From: Camelus dromedarius | Taxonomy: Eukaryota | Direction: 5' to 3' | Assembly: GCF_036321535.1 (NCBI RefSeq) | Contig: NC_087436.1 | Coordinates: forward strand, 16,740,001-16,804,000 | DNA: 64,000 nt | Notes under the pieces: model-generated | Database searches by the model: none | What the model saw: only the letters and a program-made list of their open reading frames with translations | What the model was told of the DNA's origin: nothing | Position numbers and translations under genes: made by a program | Shown here: piece by piece, positions 22,966 through 34,720 of the stretch | Layout: every line of letters begins with the position of its first letter | How positions within the stretch are numbered: the first letter of the stretch is position 1

Positions 22966-25639
22966 CTATTCAAAATGTACCTTTGAATGGGAAGCTTTCA
23001 GAAGACAGATCTTATATAGGTATAGAAAGTTTACTTAGCTGTGAAGAAGGATTTATTTTTTGAGCTAAAAGAAAAAATCAATTAAATTTTTGTGTTTGGG
23101 GTATAGGTATTGCAACTATGTCTTTCTTGTGTGGTAGTTTTCTATCTAGCCACCCATGTGAATTTTGAAAACTAAGACAAAGTATAATGCAGTGAATAAG
23201 CTTAGCAAGGGCTGACTGTATATCTTAATGCAGTAAAAAAAGTTTGTCAGGAAATAACTATACCCTGACATTTCTGCAGAGAGATGCTTGGAACTCTGAG
23301 ATATTAATGCAGTTGTCTCATAACCAGGAGCATGTTGTTGAGTTTTACAACTATTATGATAAAGTAAAATGCTAGAGGCTTTTATCATGACCAGAGAGCT
23401 CTGTATTGTCACCTTGTTGTAGGGGAGGGCAAAATTTATAATTAGCTAGAGTGGAAGGTCTTCAATTTACATCATTCAAACTGGAGGCAAAGAGTAAACA
23501 GTTCCTTCTCTTTGTATTTCATACTTGGGATTAGACAGAAAAAAATACATTGTGAATTAAAACTAAAAGGAAGTTTTAATTACTTCTAACCTATTTATCA
23601 ACAATAGAGATATGTCAGCACTTTAATTATTAATGTTGTTACAAAATGTTAAGATGAAATGTAGCTAAATTTAAGAGGATACACTAAATAATATTTGGGA
23701 ATAGGAGTTTTTACTGTCACTTAAGGACTATGTGTGTGTGTGTAGATGATCTGGAAGATGAGATGAGAGGCTGAATTTTACAATGAAGTTTGTAGAAGCT
23801 CCTCTAATGTCATATTCTCATTTGCATCTTTGCAGTGTGAGGTTATATCATGTATTTCTGGGCTCATTCCCGTCTTCCATTTAAAAGTTAAAAAACATGT
23901 AATCAATCTTAAAAGAGTATCTTTAGGGTCATTTCCACATGACAAAGGATTTGACCTTTGTCATAGTGATATCTGGTGTTTAAGGATGGCTCTTGGGAAT
24001 TTGGCTCCAAGTTAAAAGAAGCATTTGTATTTCTCAGTTCACCCAGAGGAGTAATAAACCATACTTCAACTTCTGAAGTCAGTTTCAAAGTCAAATGCTC
24101 TCCTCTGAGAGCACTTTGCTGCTCACTTATAAAACTGGAAAAGGGCATTTCAGTCAACGCTTTATTCTCCAAGTCAGGAACTGAGGCTGAGTAGGTGGCC
24201 ACCAACAGGGATAATTTAAGGGACCGTCACAAGGCCCTTCTATCAAAACAGATCTCCCTGAAAGAAGCCTACATATTTCTCCCTACTTTTTTGAACTGTT
24301 TCAAACTCTACTTATTACAGATTTACTTAGATTACAGTGTCCTCTTTTAAAATAAAAATATCCCAGGGAGGGTTAAGTAGTCTATTAATCAATCATTCAC
24401 AATCTAATGTGGCTTAGTTTAATTAAATTGCTTTTCTTTAGTTAATGGAAGTTTTGATGGCAGCCAGGAAGAGAGAAAAGGGAAGTAATTTAGTCCTTGG
24501 GGTTCTTAAGCATAAGGCAAGCCTGAGCAGAGGGCAATGAAGTGGGCTTATTTTTGACGTCCAGAGGGCAGCATGAGGGCACTGGATATTTGGAATTGAG
24601 AAGATGAGACACAGGCACCAGGAGATGAGTGAAGAAAGAGGAGTGGGAAAATGGCAAAGACAAACGTTTAACTTTGAAATACTGTGGTCCAGTTCTTTTT
24701 CCATAATGAAGGCCTTTAGGTTAATAGTATAGGGTACTATGGAGAAATGGTTTTGTATTTTTGCTTGGAATTTGTGTTATGTTTTGTGTGATATATATGG
24801 GGAAAGAAAATACAGGCCCTTAAAAAACAGACAAGCTGTATTAGAATAATGCCATAAAACATATATAGTGCTATTATATTTTATTCATTAAACAATTGCC
24901 TAATGTTTAAACAATTAAACAAATGTTTAATTCAATTAAACATTATTTATTAAACTTTCATTAACCAGAGGAAAGCAATTTAATTAAACTATTTTTATTT
25001 TAAACTCTAGGGAAGTTTAAGGTTATGAGACTAATTATTGTCAAAAGCAAAGAGGAGAGCTCAGAATTATGAAGTAAAGCAATTCTGTATCTCTGTTGTT
25101 TGAAGGAAATATTTCTTTCAGATATGTATTTTTTTCTTTGTGGTTTGCTACATGGCAGAGATAATGCAAGGTAGTTGTGTCCTTGGTAGGCTTGAAAAAT
25201 ATTTTTGCTTAAGCAGGTGTTTCCATTTTTTTAAGCTTGCTCTAAATTGTAAAGGCTTTGAAATATAATCTGTTTATTTTAAGAATTGTTAGGCTTGTTT
25301 CTTCTTACAGAACAGCATATGTGAGTAGAAAAGCAAGCTAACATATTCTTGGTTAATCACACCCATGGAAGACTGAGAACTACAAGAGTTCCAACACAAC
25401 CTACCACTTTAGAGTTTTTAACCTTAATTACTGATATTTTGAGGAAATAAACTATCTCATTCATACCAGTTTGGAAAAATCAAATCTGGAAGGTCAGAAG
25501 CTACAGCTTCATATCTAATAGCACGGGTGACCATATGATTTATCATTAGATACAAATCCAGATAATTTTCATAGTGAAAGGTGATGTTCAAAGTATTGTT
25601 GATCTGTCCTTTATTTATGCCCAGTTTAAACTTAATCAC

Positions 25640-27000
25640 TCTGCCCTCTCTTCATTTCAGTACTGTTTTCTTCTGCAGTGTGCAATCTGAAGTTAAGTCC
25701 ATCCAAAGAATTTTGAAATCTCAGATAATTGTCTTTTTCAGTTATAGAATTTCCTGTTAGTTGTTTTTTTAGTTTCCATTTATCTTCTGAATACTCCATC
25801 CTTTCAACCATTGTACCTTGTTTCTACTGAGTATATATTTTCTTGATTGTGAGTTTCTTGTCTCTTTGCATGTTTTGTAGTTTTTTTAATAGATAAATTA
25901 GTTTTATTAATTGACTCAGAAGATTCTGATTCCTTATCTTTGCTTCTCTAATTGCTTCCCCTCTCCCCCAACCCCCCACAAGCATCAAGGAGTGCATCCT
26001 GCAAAGTAGAAAGCAAAGGGAAAGGCTCCTTCTTATTTTCATACTAGACACTCATGTCCTTGGTTTTGTATTTAAAAAAAATTATATCCTGTACATTGTA
26101 TACTAAAGAATAATAAAGGCTAATATACCTACATCTATGTCTATATATATCTATCTCAACTTTTTCTTATTTTTTGCTTTTACTCCATGGTTTCTTGACT
26201 TTATCTTGTAGTTCTTTCACTGAATTTTAATTTTTGTAATTATACTTTTAATTTTTCTTAAAACCTTGTTCTCTAATTACTTCTTTTTTTTCTCCCACAG
26301 ACACCTGTTTTTATTATGTGGGTGCAGTGTTCCTTATACTTTCTCTTTTGCTATTGATTTTTCTCAAATGCCTGGTGATGCATGGTTGTTCATTTTCACT
26401 TTGTTAATGGGGAAGTTTGAGCATCACAACTTGCAGGCATTGCTTTCCTTCGCCATTGTTTGCCTCTAGTGCCCTGATGGAAAGAGTTGAGTATAAACTA
26501 TGTGTACTTGAGTAGGCATGTTTGACTGGTAGATAGGCTTGAATTTAAGATGTGTACTGGATAATAGACAGACAGTCTGGTGCTTTCCTTTGGAGTGTAG
26601 CCCTTCCAAGAAAAATCATTTAAATTCTTTAGAGATGGGCTGTGTCATATGGCATTTCTGCCAGTTGTCCAAAAGAGGAAGTGGGAGAGACTTACCCAGC
26701 TGTTCAGTGTCAGTCCCTTACTCAGACGCCCTCAGTACTGCTGTACAACCTACTCTTTTCCTCCACGCCTCCAGCTTGTGTTGCTAGAACCTTTCTGAGC
26801 TTCTCTCTCAGACAAAACAGACCTACCTTCTGGCAGCCCTCATCTGTGTCTCGAGCTTTGTCTTCACACATAGTCACTACAATAATCCCATCTGTGTCCT
26901 GTCTTCTCTAAATCCATTAAATATTGTGGGCTACTTAGAGTTTACTGTCCACTAGCTTTCCTACTGCATTCACTTTTTGTTATTAGGCTCCCTTTCCTGC
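25640..27000 (-). mobile_element. Degenerate L1M/HAL1 fragments
   Basis: CTGTTTTCTTCTGCAGTG...CCATCCAAAGAATTTT...TATAGAATTTCC and TTCTCAAATGCCTGGTGAT motifs. Confidence 0.5.
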
Positions 27001-27039
27001 ATTTTTTCTTTTTTTTCCCTTTTTTTAAAATTAAAAAAA

Positions 27040-27330
27040 AATTAAATTTTTAATAAATTTAAAGGTTACACTCCATTTACAGTTATTATGAAATATTGGC
27101 TATACTCCCTATCCTTGTAGACCATCTAACCCCCAGTAATTGGTACCTCCCATTCCCCTACCCCTATGTTGTCCACCCCCCACTCTCCCCACTGATAACC
27201 ACTAGTTTATTCTATCTGTGAGTCCGCTTCTGTTTTATAGTATTCACTAGTTTGTTGTATTTTTTAGATTCTAGATTCCACATGTGAGTGGTATCATACA
27301 CTTTGCCTTTCTCTGTTTGACTTATTTTCT
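27040..27330 (-). mobile_element. Cetartiodactyl-type L1 3' end
   Basis: AAAGGTTACACTCCATTTACAGTTATTATGAAATATTGGCTATA...CCCACTGATAACCACTAGTTT...GATTCCACATGTGAGTGGTATCATAC. Confidence 0.85.
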
Positions 27331-30300
27331 ACATTTTCAATTCATTTCAGTGAGATTTGAGAGGGAGAAAGGTAAGTTGTGCCTAGGTGACCATCTTGCC
27401 TCTGTAGTAGCCTGCGTTTTGAGTATTATCTTGTTATTTAAGTATTTAGGCTTTTGCCTTTTTGTTTTGTTTTTAAAGAATTTTAGGGCATTGAAAGCAG
27501 GTTTAAGTATCTTATAGGTGTTTTTTCTCCCTCTTTGTCCTTAAAGATTCTGTCATGGACTGAATTCTGCACGGACCCAATAAATACTTGTAGAAATGAC
27601 TGATTCTTAAAACGCATTGGCATGCAACCAATAACTGAAACTATTATAACAGAGCACGTAAAAGTTTTGTTGCAGCGAAATTTGTGTTCTGGAAAATGTA
27701 GAAGAACTGAAAACCAACTTATGACATCCATATTTGAAACAATATATACTATCAGTGAATTTTACTTAGAACAGTCTTTAGTTTTGCCTGACTTTATAGT
27801 TATGAAGCAGGAAAGGATAGAAGGAGTGGATTAGAAACTGGTGAAATTAGAGGAAAGGGGCACTAGGAAGACTAAAGTAAAGTAACTGACAGATGGCAGG
27901 GAAAGAGGTGCCTGATGGTAAAAAGTAAAAAAGAAAAATGTCATGTCTCTTGCCTCTTGCTTCCTTTGTCATGGAAAAAAATTTGGAGTAGCTCTGATTC
28001 CGAATACTTAGAACTCAAAACTACAAAAGAAGAAGAAATTTGAGTTTCTCCAAATGGTCTTAGGTATAAATGCTGTGGATTCATTAGTTTTCCTCAGTTA
28101 GAAGATAGCTATCTTCTTTTTTATACCAGTGAAGTGTTTATGTGAACTAGTAAGGAAATGCATACTTCTCTTAACACTTCTTAATTAGGCTGAAATTCTG
28201 TCAGGGGATTTATGCTGACCTCATAAATAATGAATGTGAAATTTAATTTTCCAAAGTCACAGGTTCCCAGTCAAGGACACAGACAATTTATGTATCTTTT
28301 CAGGATGTGAACTACTGTAAGTGAACATAGCTCCAGTGCTGAAATGCATGGGGCTCAGTGTAGAGCCTGCTTTTTTTTACCAACATGGTTGAAACGCTCT
28401 TAAAGCTTTGGTTCCCCTGAACACTTGGGATAATAGTCAGATGTATTACTGCCTGACTCACTATAATATTGCAGTATCACTTGTATTTTTCATGACTTGG
28501 TTTGATTGTTTGCTTTTCTAATCTCTGGAAATGATCCAGTAAAAACAGTAAGCACAGCAGCCAATTATGGCTTCTATTTGTAAACACATTAAATTCTACT
28601 AATAATAGAAGAAGGTAACTAATGACTGGTCAAAGTCAAAAATAGAGATTACTGATATATTAAATTTGTCTGTTGTTTGAAAGTCACCCATGATGTATCT
28701 TAGGAACAGTTGGACAGAAAATATTCTAAAAAATCTACTTCCTTTGCAAGGCTATCTAAGCTTTCAGTGATGAATTGGCCCAAACATGTAGCTCTATGAA
28801 AATTGCAGTATGGCTCTTTTAATTATAATTCTGTATAATTAGCATCACATAATACAAAATGCTCCTGTCTGAAAATTGTATATTTAATTTTAACTCATGG
28901 AATGACACTGTAATTGTATAAATGCTCTTATATTATGAAAAGTAAGTTTAAAAATGAATATTTTCATTTTTACATATGGCAAAATTTTCTCAAGTGAATT
29001 AAAATACTGCTAATCTTTTCACTGAATAATAAATCTAGGCTTCCCTCTGATGTAATTAATGCAACTTATACTATTCAGTAGAGGACAGAAATGTTAAATC
29101 ATACATAAAAAAGTGGCTGAGAGTATTTCATTACCAAACCAATTCTGCAATTTCCATGGACTTATGGAAAATGTTATTCACCTCTTGGGGAAAGCCTTTG
29201 GCAGAGAGCTGAGTTTTGCTTGGCATACTGTTTGTATCAGTTTAGTCTCTTGTTAGCTTGTGCTTGATGTCAGTTGTATATACACTGTCTTCATGTTGTG
29301 GAAGAAAAAAACAACTTTAGTTCTCAACCCATACTTATTTTTCTACTGGTAATTAATCTCTGTGTTAAGTTTAAGATTTAAGATTCCAGTGTGATAGTTT
29401 AAATGTGTACTGTTTGCAATAATGGCAATTTCCAAGTGATTGAATGGTATTCTGGTGTTTTGCTTCTTATTCTATTATAGGCTCTTAATCTAAACATCCC
29501 TATGGTGTAAAATAAGGACATCATATGAAGTATGGTTATGTTTCTGGTGTGCAATGACTGTTAAGAATTCTCAGCCATTCAATAGCATCACTGCAGAATG
29601 CACATTAAATTTTTTTTTATAGATAAAAAGGAGGATAATTAGAGCCAATAAAAGAAAGATGGAGAAAAAACCCAAAAGACTAATAAAATGTAGTCAATAA
29701 ATAGCATTACCTACAAAAGCTATTTATGTGTAATGAAATATAAAGCATAAATCTTATCATTAATCCTTGTATTGAAATTTTGGTGCCTGAATAAAATTCC
29801 TTGTACTTTAAATGGCTTTGCTTTTTAATTACAGAAGGTTTGATTATTGAAAATAACCATTGCTCTTTCTAAAATGAAGTCAATGATCTAACATATAAGA
29901 TAATATTAAGGAATATAAAGTCATAATATTTGTCTTCATGTTGATACCGGAATGATAAATTTCAAAGATAAAGACCATTAAATTTGGATGATTGAGTTAC
30001 CTCATGTCATTAGAATTTATTAGCATAAATGTGTAAGAGCTACATTTGGTGTCTGTTTAATTGATGCTTAGAAGGAAGTGGGTGTGCATGAGTGTATGTT
30101 TTTCCTTGGCTTGTGGCCTGATCTCTGGGTTGTCTCAGAGTGGAGCTTATAGTTGCTGGGCTGTGCAGTTTCACAGTCACTTTTGATATTTTATTATGAT
30201 TTTAGCCTATGTTTTAGGAAGAGTTTCATCCTTAGTTATGCAAGGACCCTCCCGCTGATTCTTTAATTCATTCCTTAATTTAGGGACCAGATTACCATTC

Positions 30301-30539
30301 TCTAATTACTGCCATGAGTTATATCAGATGAGTTAAATTCATTCCACTAACACTTCAGGGTTTCTTGCATCAGAGAACACTTTTTATGCAAGTTTATCCT
30401 TTTATGGTACCTGATCCATTGTGGAGGTTATACTTAAGTGATTTTATTGACAGGACTCTCATTTATTCAAAGCATCATTCACCTTTCCAAATATAAATTG
30501 TATATTTGAATAGTAGTGGGCCATCAGAAGAAAATGTGC

Positions 30540-30720
30540 ACTTATGTTTGCCTTCTATGTGATTTTTTTTTACTCTCCCCAATCAAGCTATGGTATGGTT
30601 AGGTTATTATTATTTCTATTATAAAAATAAAGTAAGATTTAAGAGATTGGGTAACCAGCCCAAAGTTACATGGAATCGTAAAGAGGGGTGATAGAATTTG
30701 AAGTCTTTCTGACTCCAGAC
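30540..30720 (-). mobile_element. MIR fragment
   Basis: AGAGATTGGGTAACCAGCCCAAAGTTACA...AGAATTTGAAGTCTTTCTGACTCCAGA. Confidence 0.6.
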
Positions 30721-31649
30721 ATTAAAGGTGTTAGGAGGGATCCTGGTAAGCCACTATCACCTGAGTGGGTGGGGAAAGCATGGGGACAGCGGAGTCTGGG
30801 AATAGGAAACATGAGGACAATGATGATGTCTACATCCATGTAGAAACTATCAGCTGCTCAATAAAACTTTATTGAAAGTTTGAATAAGTGAAGTGTAGGT
30901 AATTTAAGGTTGGGGTCATACAGAAAAAGAAGCTCAGGAACAAGGAAACCTTAGAACTGCAATACTAGTGGGGTTTTTATTTTAAGGAATGCAGCAAGAA
31001 TCCAGTTATTAGATTCAGGGAACAAAGTCAGTACGGGGCCAACAGCAAGTCTGAATCAGACAGAATTACTGATTTGGGGTGCTTAAATTCTTCAGGTGCA
31101 GAACTGAGCTTGTAGTTGAGGGGAAAAGAGGTCTCAGATGTAAGAATTAGAAGAATGAAGGAGTGAGTCATCATAGTAGCAGACCTCTTCCTCAACTCAA
31201 TTTTTTAGTTGAATTACAAAAAGTAATATTTGTTTTTGTTTACTCATTTTATTTCAGTTCTTGCTTGTATTAGATACTGTTTATATCTGCCACAAATTCG
31301 ACTCATTTGGCTGGTGCAGCAAATAGGTGTGAATATGAACATGTTTTTTTCTTTTTGCTTTTACCTCCTTCAGGTTAACGATGTTGAACACAGAATGTTT
31401 TAGTAAGGAACCTGGTTTCTTCTGACAAATTTTATCACATAGGAACATAGTAGTCTCTGATGGGTATTTTAGCACATGAATTCCAGACAGCCCCAAATCA
31501 AAAGATATAAATATCACAATGTTTGTGTAGAGGCCTCAGTTTAATCTGTATATGAAGTAGCTATTAGTCTTGGTTAGTGAAAATCAAAGTTTCTGGTACC
31601 AAATATTTAAAAAAATTGTTTTCTTAGTAAGGTTTCTCTGATGTTTCTT

Positions 31650-32115
31650 AGAGAACTACATGTCATCTGTTTTCAGTCCATGTGATTTGGGTATATCTCC
31701 AAGGGAGGTCCTAACCCACTCCTGACCAATGAGAATATTGTGATTTGTTCCCAGATAGACATGTGGCATAGCCAGGGCCTTCAGAGCCAACGTTGATTTA
31801 TCCATAGACCTTTGCTAGAACTAAAGCAATCAGAGTACACTGAGCTCTGACAATGTAAGCCTAGAACTGTTGGAAGCCATCTTTTCATTGTATATTGGGA
31901 GCTTGCCAACATCAATAAGGGCTGAGAAGTGAAAAGAGAGAAAAATGAGTCCTGATGATGATGTGTCCTGAAATGTTTTATTTTGGACTTTTTATTTTTA
32001 TTTTTTTTAATTGAAGTACTTAGGACTTTTTAATTGCATAAGCCTATGTACATTCTCCTTTGGTTGAGCTCAAGTTTTACTTTACTCTCTGCAACTTGCT
32101 ACAGAAAGAGATTCA
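31650..32115 (+). mobile_element. MaLR LTR (MLT1K/L-like)
   Basis: TCAGTCCATGTGATTTGGG...GACCAATGAGAAT...TGTAAGCCTAGAACTG...GCCATCTT...GAGTCCTGATGA...ACTTGC...AAAGAG. Confidence 0.65.
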
Positions 32116-33749
32116 ATTTTCTTTGTTTATGGAAGGCAGCAATACAAAATTAGTAAATGATGAATATTTAAACAGTGATAGAGGGTGAAATAAAAATTAA
32201 ATTTCAATATCAAATAATATATTTTCTAAATGATTAAAATGACACTCTGTAAGTATAGTTAATTTGAGGTAACATAGTGACATAGGGATAATTGGTACAA
32301 AGCGCCTTATTGTTTTGATGAGGGTTTTTTTTTTTTTAATCCATGGGTTTTTACAGTAGCGTAATTTGCTTTTTAGTGAAAAAGGACTTTTCAATATTTA
32401 TATGTAATTAATATGTTTATCTCTTGATCTGAATTCTTGTCCTTTTCTGTGACACAGGATTGGGAAATTTGAGCAGATACTTGCCTGAGAAGAATCAGTT
32501 ACCAGAAAACCATGTATTATGATCTACTGACTAAAATGCTAATCACTATAACCAGCTTTTTAATGAAGAAATGTAGATACTGATACTTGTGTTATCTTTT
32601 ATTTTAAAACTGGCTGTACCAAGGGCATGAACCCAGATAAATATGCTGAGGACATATGTCAGTTTAGAGCTAAGCACCCAAGGACTACATGCAAGGTTTG
32701 TCAGTGAAAAATATGAAATATAATAAGAAAACTCAAAGGATTCATTTGTTTCTCTTTATTCAGTTTCCAGCAGAAAAACTAAGTAGACAGAAAACATGGA
32801 ACCATTGGAATCATCTGCCTTTTTTCAATTCAGCTCCAACTTTTGGTTACATTGAAAAGTTTCCTTAGGGAAAATGCAGTTGGTAAATTCTGATTTAGTC
32901 AAGTAGATAAATGATAAGATGACAGTAGATATTTTATTGATAAATAATATAAAATTATCAGTCATTCAGGAGCTTTTTTTTTTTTTTAAAGGAATCTAAA
33001 TATAGCTTGGCAATTTAAAAGTCATCTTAAAAATGTCTATAGGACATGAATTTTAATATGATACACCTGAGAATTTTTTATATTTGCTGAAATCAGCTTA
33101 CTGATTTCCTGGTTTAAAAGTGAACCTCCCTGCTCCAAAAGAAGTGAAACCAGAGGATAATCACGCTTAACGATGTGGTGGGTTATGTGATTTCCATTGC
33201 ATCGACAGTAACATATTTAAAGGACTATTTGAAATTCTATAAATAGATTTTGAAAGGCATATTTTAGTTATTTGGGTAATGTATGTAAAGCACTCTTGTA
33301 AAGAATATACAATCTTAATGATATAGTAAAGCTAATTTGATCATGTTGTTCTCTACATTTAATTGACTGCTTTTAAGATGTCTTTTTTCTTGTCCTTTGT
33401 AGCAGTTTTACTTTGTATGGGAAAAAAAGAAAAAAAAACTTTACTTACTTTCAGGACAAGTGTAATCCTACTTGAAGCTAAAATTGTCTTCTGTCTGATA
33501 TTGTCTCCAGCCCCCTACATAGGGGCAGAAATTCATTCTATCCTTTGGTGGATGTTGTCTGATATTACTCTTTCCATTGATATTTTCTGACACTTACATG
33601 AACTGATTAGATGACTTTCCATAGGGGTCCCAGTTATTTTTTTGTTTAAGAGTAGGATTGTAGCAATTTTCCAGTTCCTCCCACAGCTACACTGTGGTAT
33701 AGATACCATCCTTTCAGAGCCTAATTTCTCAAAAAAATGGTTTTAAACC

Positions 33750-33970
33750 ACTTTTTCCACTGCCTCACCACTCACTGCTTAACACCCTGTAATCTTGCTT
33801 CTTTATCTCCAATTTGTAAAAGCTGCACCGAATTACTAAACCAAATGACCTGTTCTCAGCTTTCTTGCTTTTTAAACTTTCTGTTGAATCTATCACTGTT
33901 GATCGCATATTCTTTCTTGAAATACTTTTGTTCATTGACTCCATGACATTATACTGACTTGGGTCTTCAG
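33750..33970 (+). mobile_element. L2 fragment
   Basis: CTCACTGCTTAACACCCTGTAATCTTGC...CAAATGACC...CACTGTTGATC...TTCTTGAAATACT...CCATGACATT. Confidence 0.6.
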
Positions 33971-34284
33971 TATTATTTTGTAAAAGATTAGTGATTTGAT
34001 TATTCTAACAGGATGTTTTACAAAAAAATGATTACAGACCCATTGTATCTAAAGTTATAAAGAAGAAAGCTGAAAACTGCTCCAAATTTCCACTCAGAAA
34101 TAGCCTCAATTATTAAATGAACATTCTCTACATTACAGATGGATGGATAGCCAGATCAAGTGAGTGGCAGATTCTCAGATGAAAATAATTTTATTAAAAT
34201 GGGATCATATATATATACCATTTCTGACAGACAGCCTCTAGGATGGTCCCCATTTATCCTGGCCTTCTGGTATTCACACACCCT

Positions 34285-34600
34285 ACCAGTGAAGCCATCT
34301 GGACCAGGAGTTTTGTTTTGGGGAGATTTTAAACTACAAATCTGACTTATTTAATAGACTTCTTTGCCATTCATTTACTATTTTTTTCTTGAATGAGCTT
34401 TAGTAGTTTGTGTCTTTCAAGGAATTTATCCATTTCAACTAAATTGCCTTATTTATTGACATAAAGTTTTATTAATATTATCTTATTATTCTTTAAATTT
34501 CTGTAGAAACTTTACTGATATCACCTCCTTCAATCCTGATAATGATCAATTGTATCTTCTCTCTTTTTTTTGCTTACAAGTAATTTCATTATTTGAGCAT
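34285..34600 (-). mobile_element. Old L1 ORF2 fragment, preceded by a short MLT1 5' piece (~34223-34284)
   Basis: ACCAGTGAAGCCATCTGGACCAGGAG...TTTGTGTCTTTCAAGGAATTTATCCATTTCA. Confidence 0.7.
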
Positions 34601-34720
34601 TATTAAATATTAAGTTTTTGTTGTTTCTGTTTGGCTGCTATCATTTATCTTACTGTTCTTAATACTAAAAAAATTAAAATGCTGGCCTTAGATAAGAGGC
34701 CAGGCTGCAAATGCAAATGC

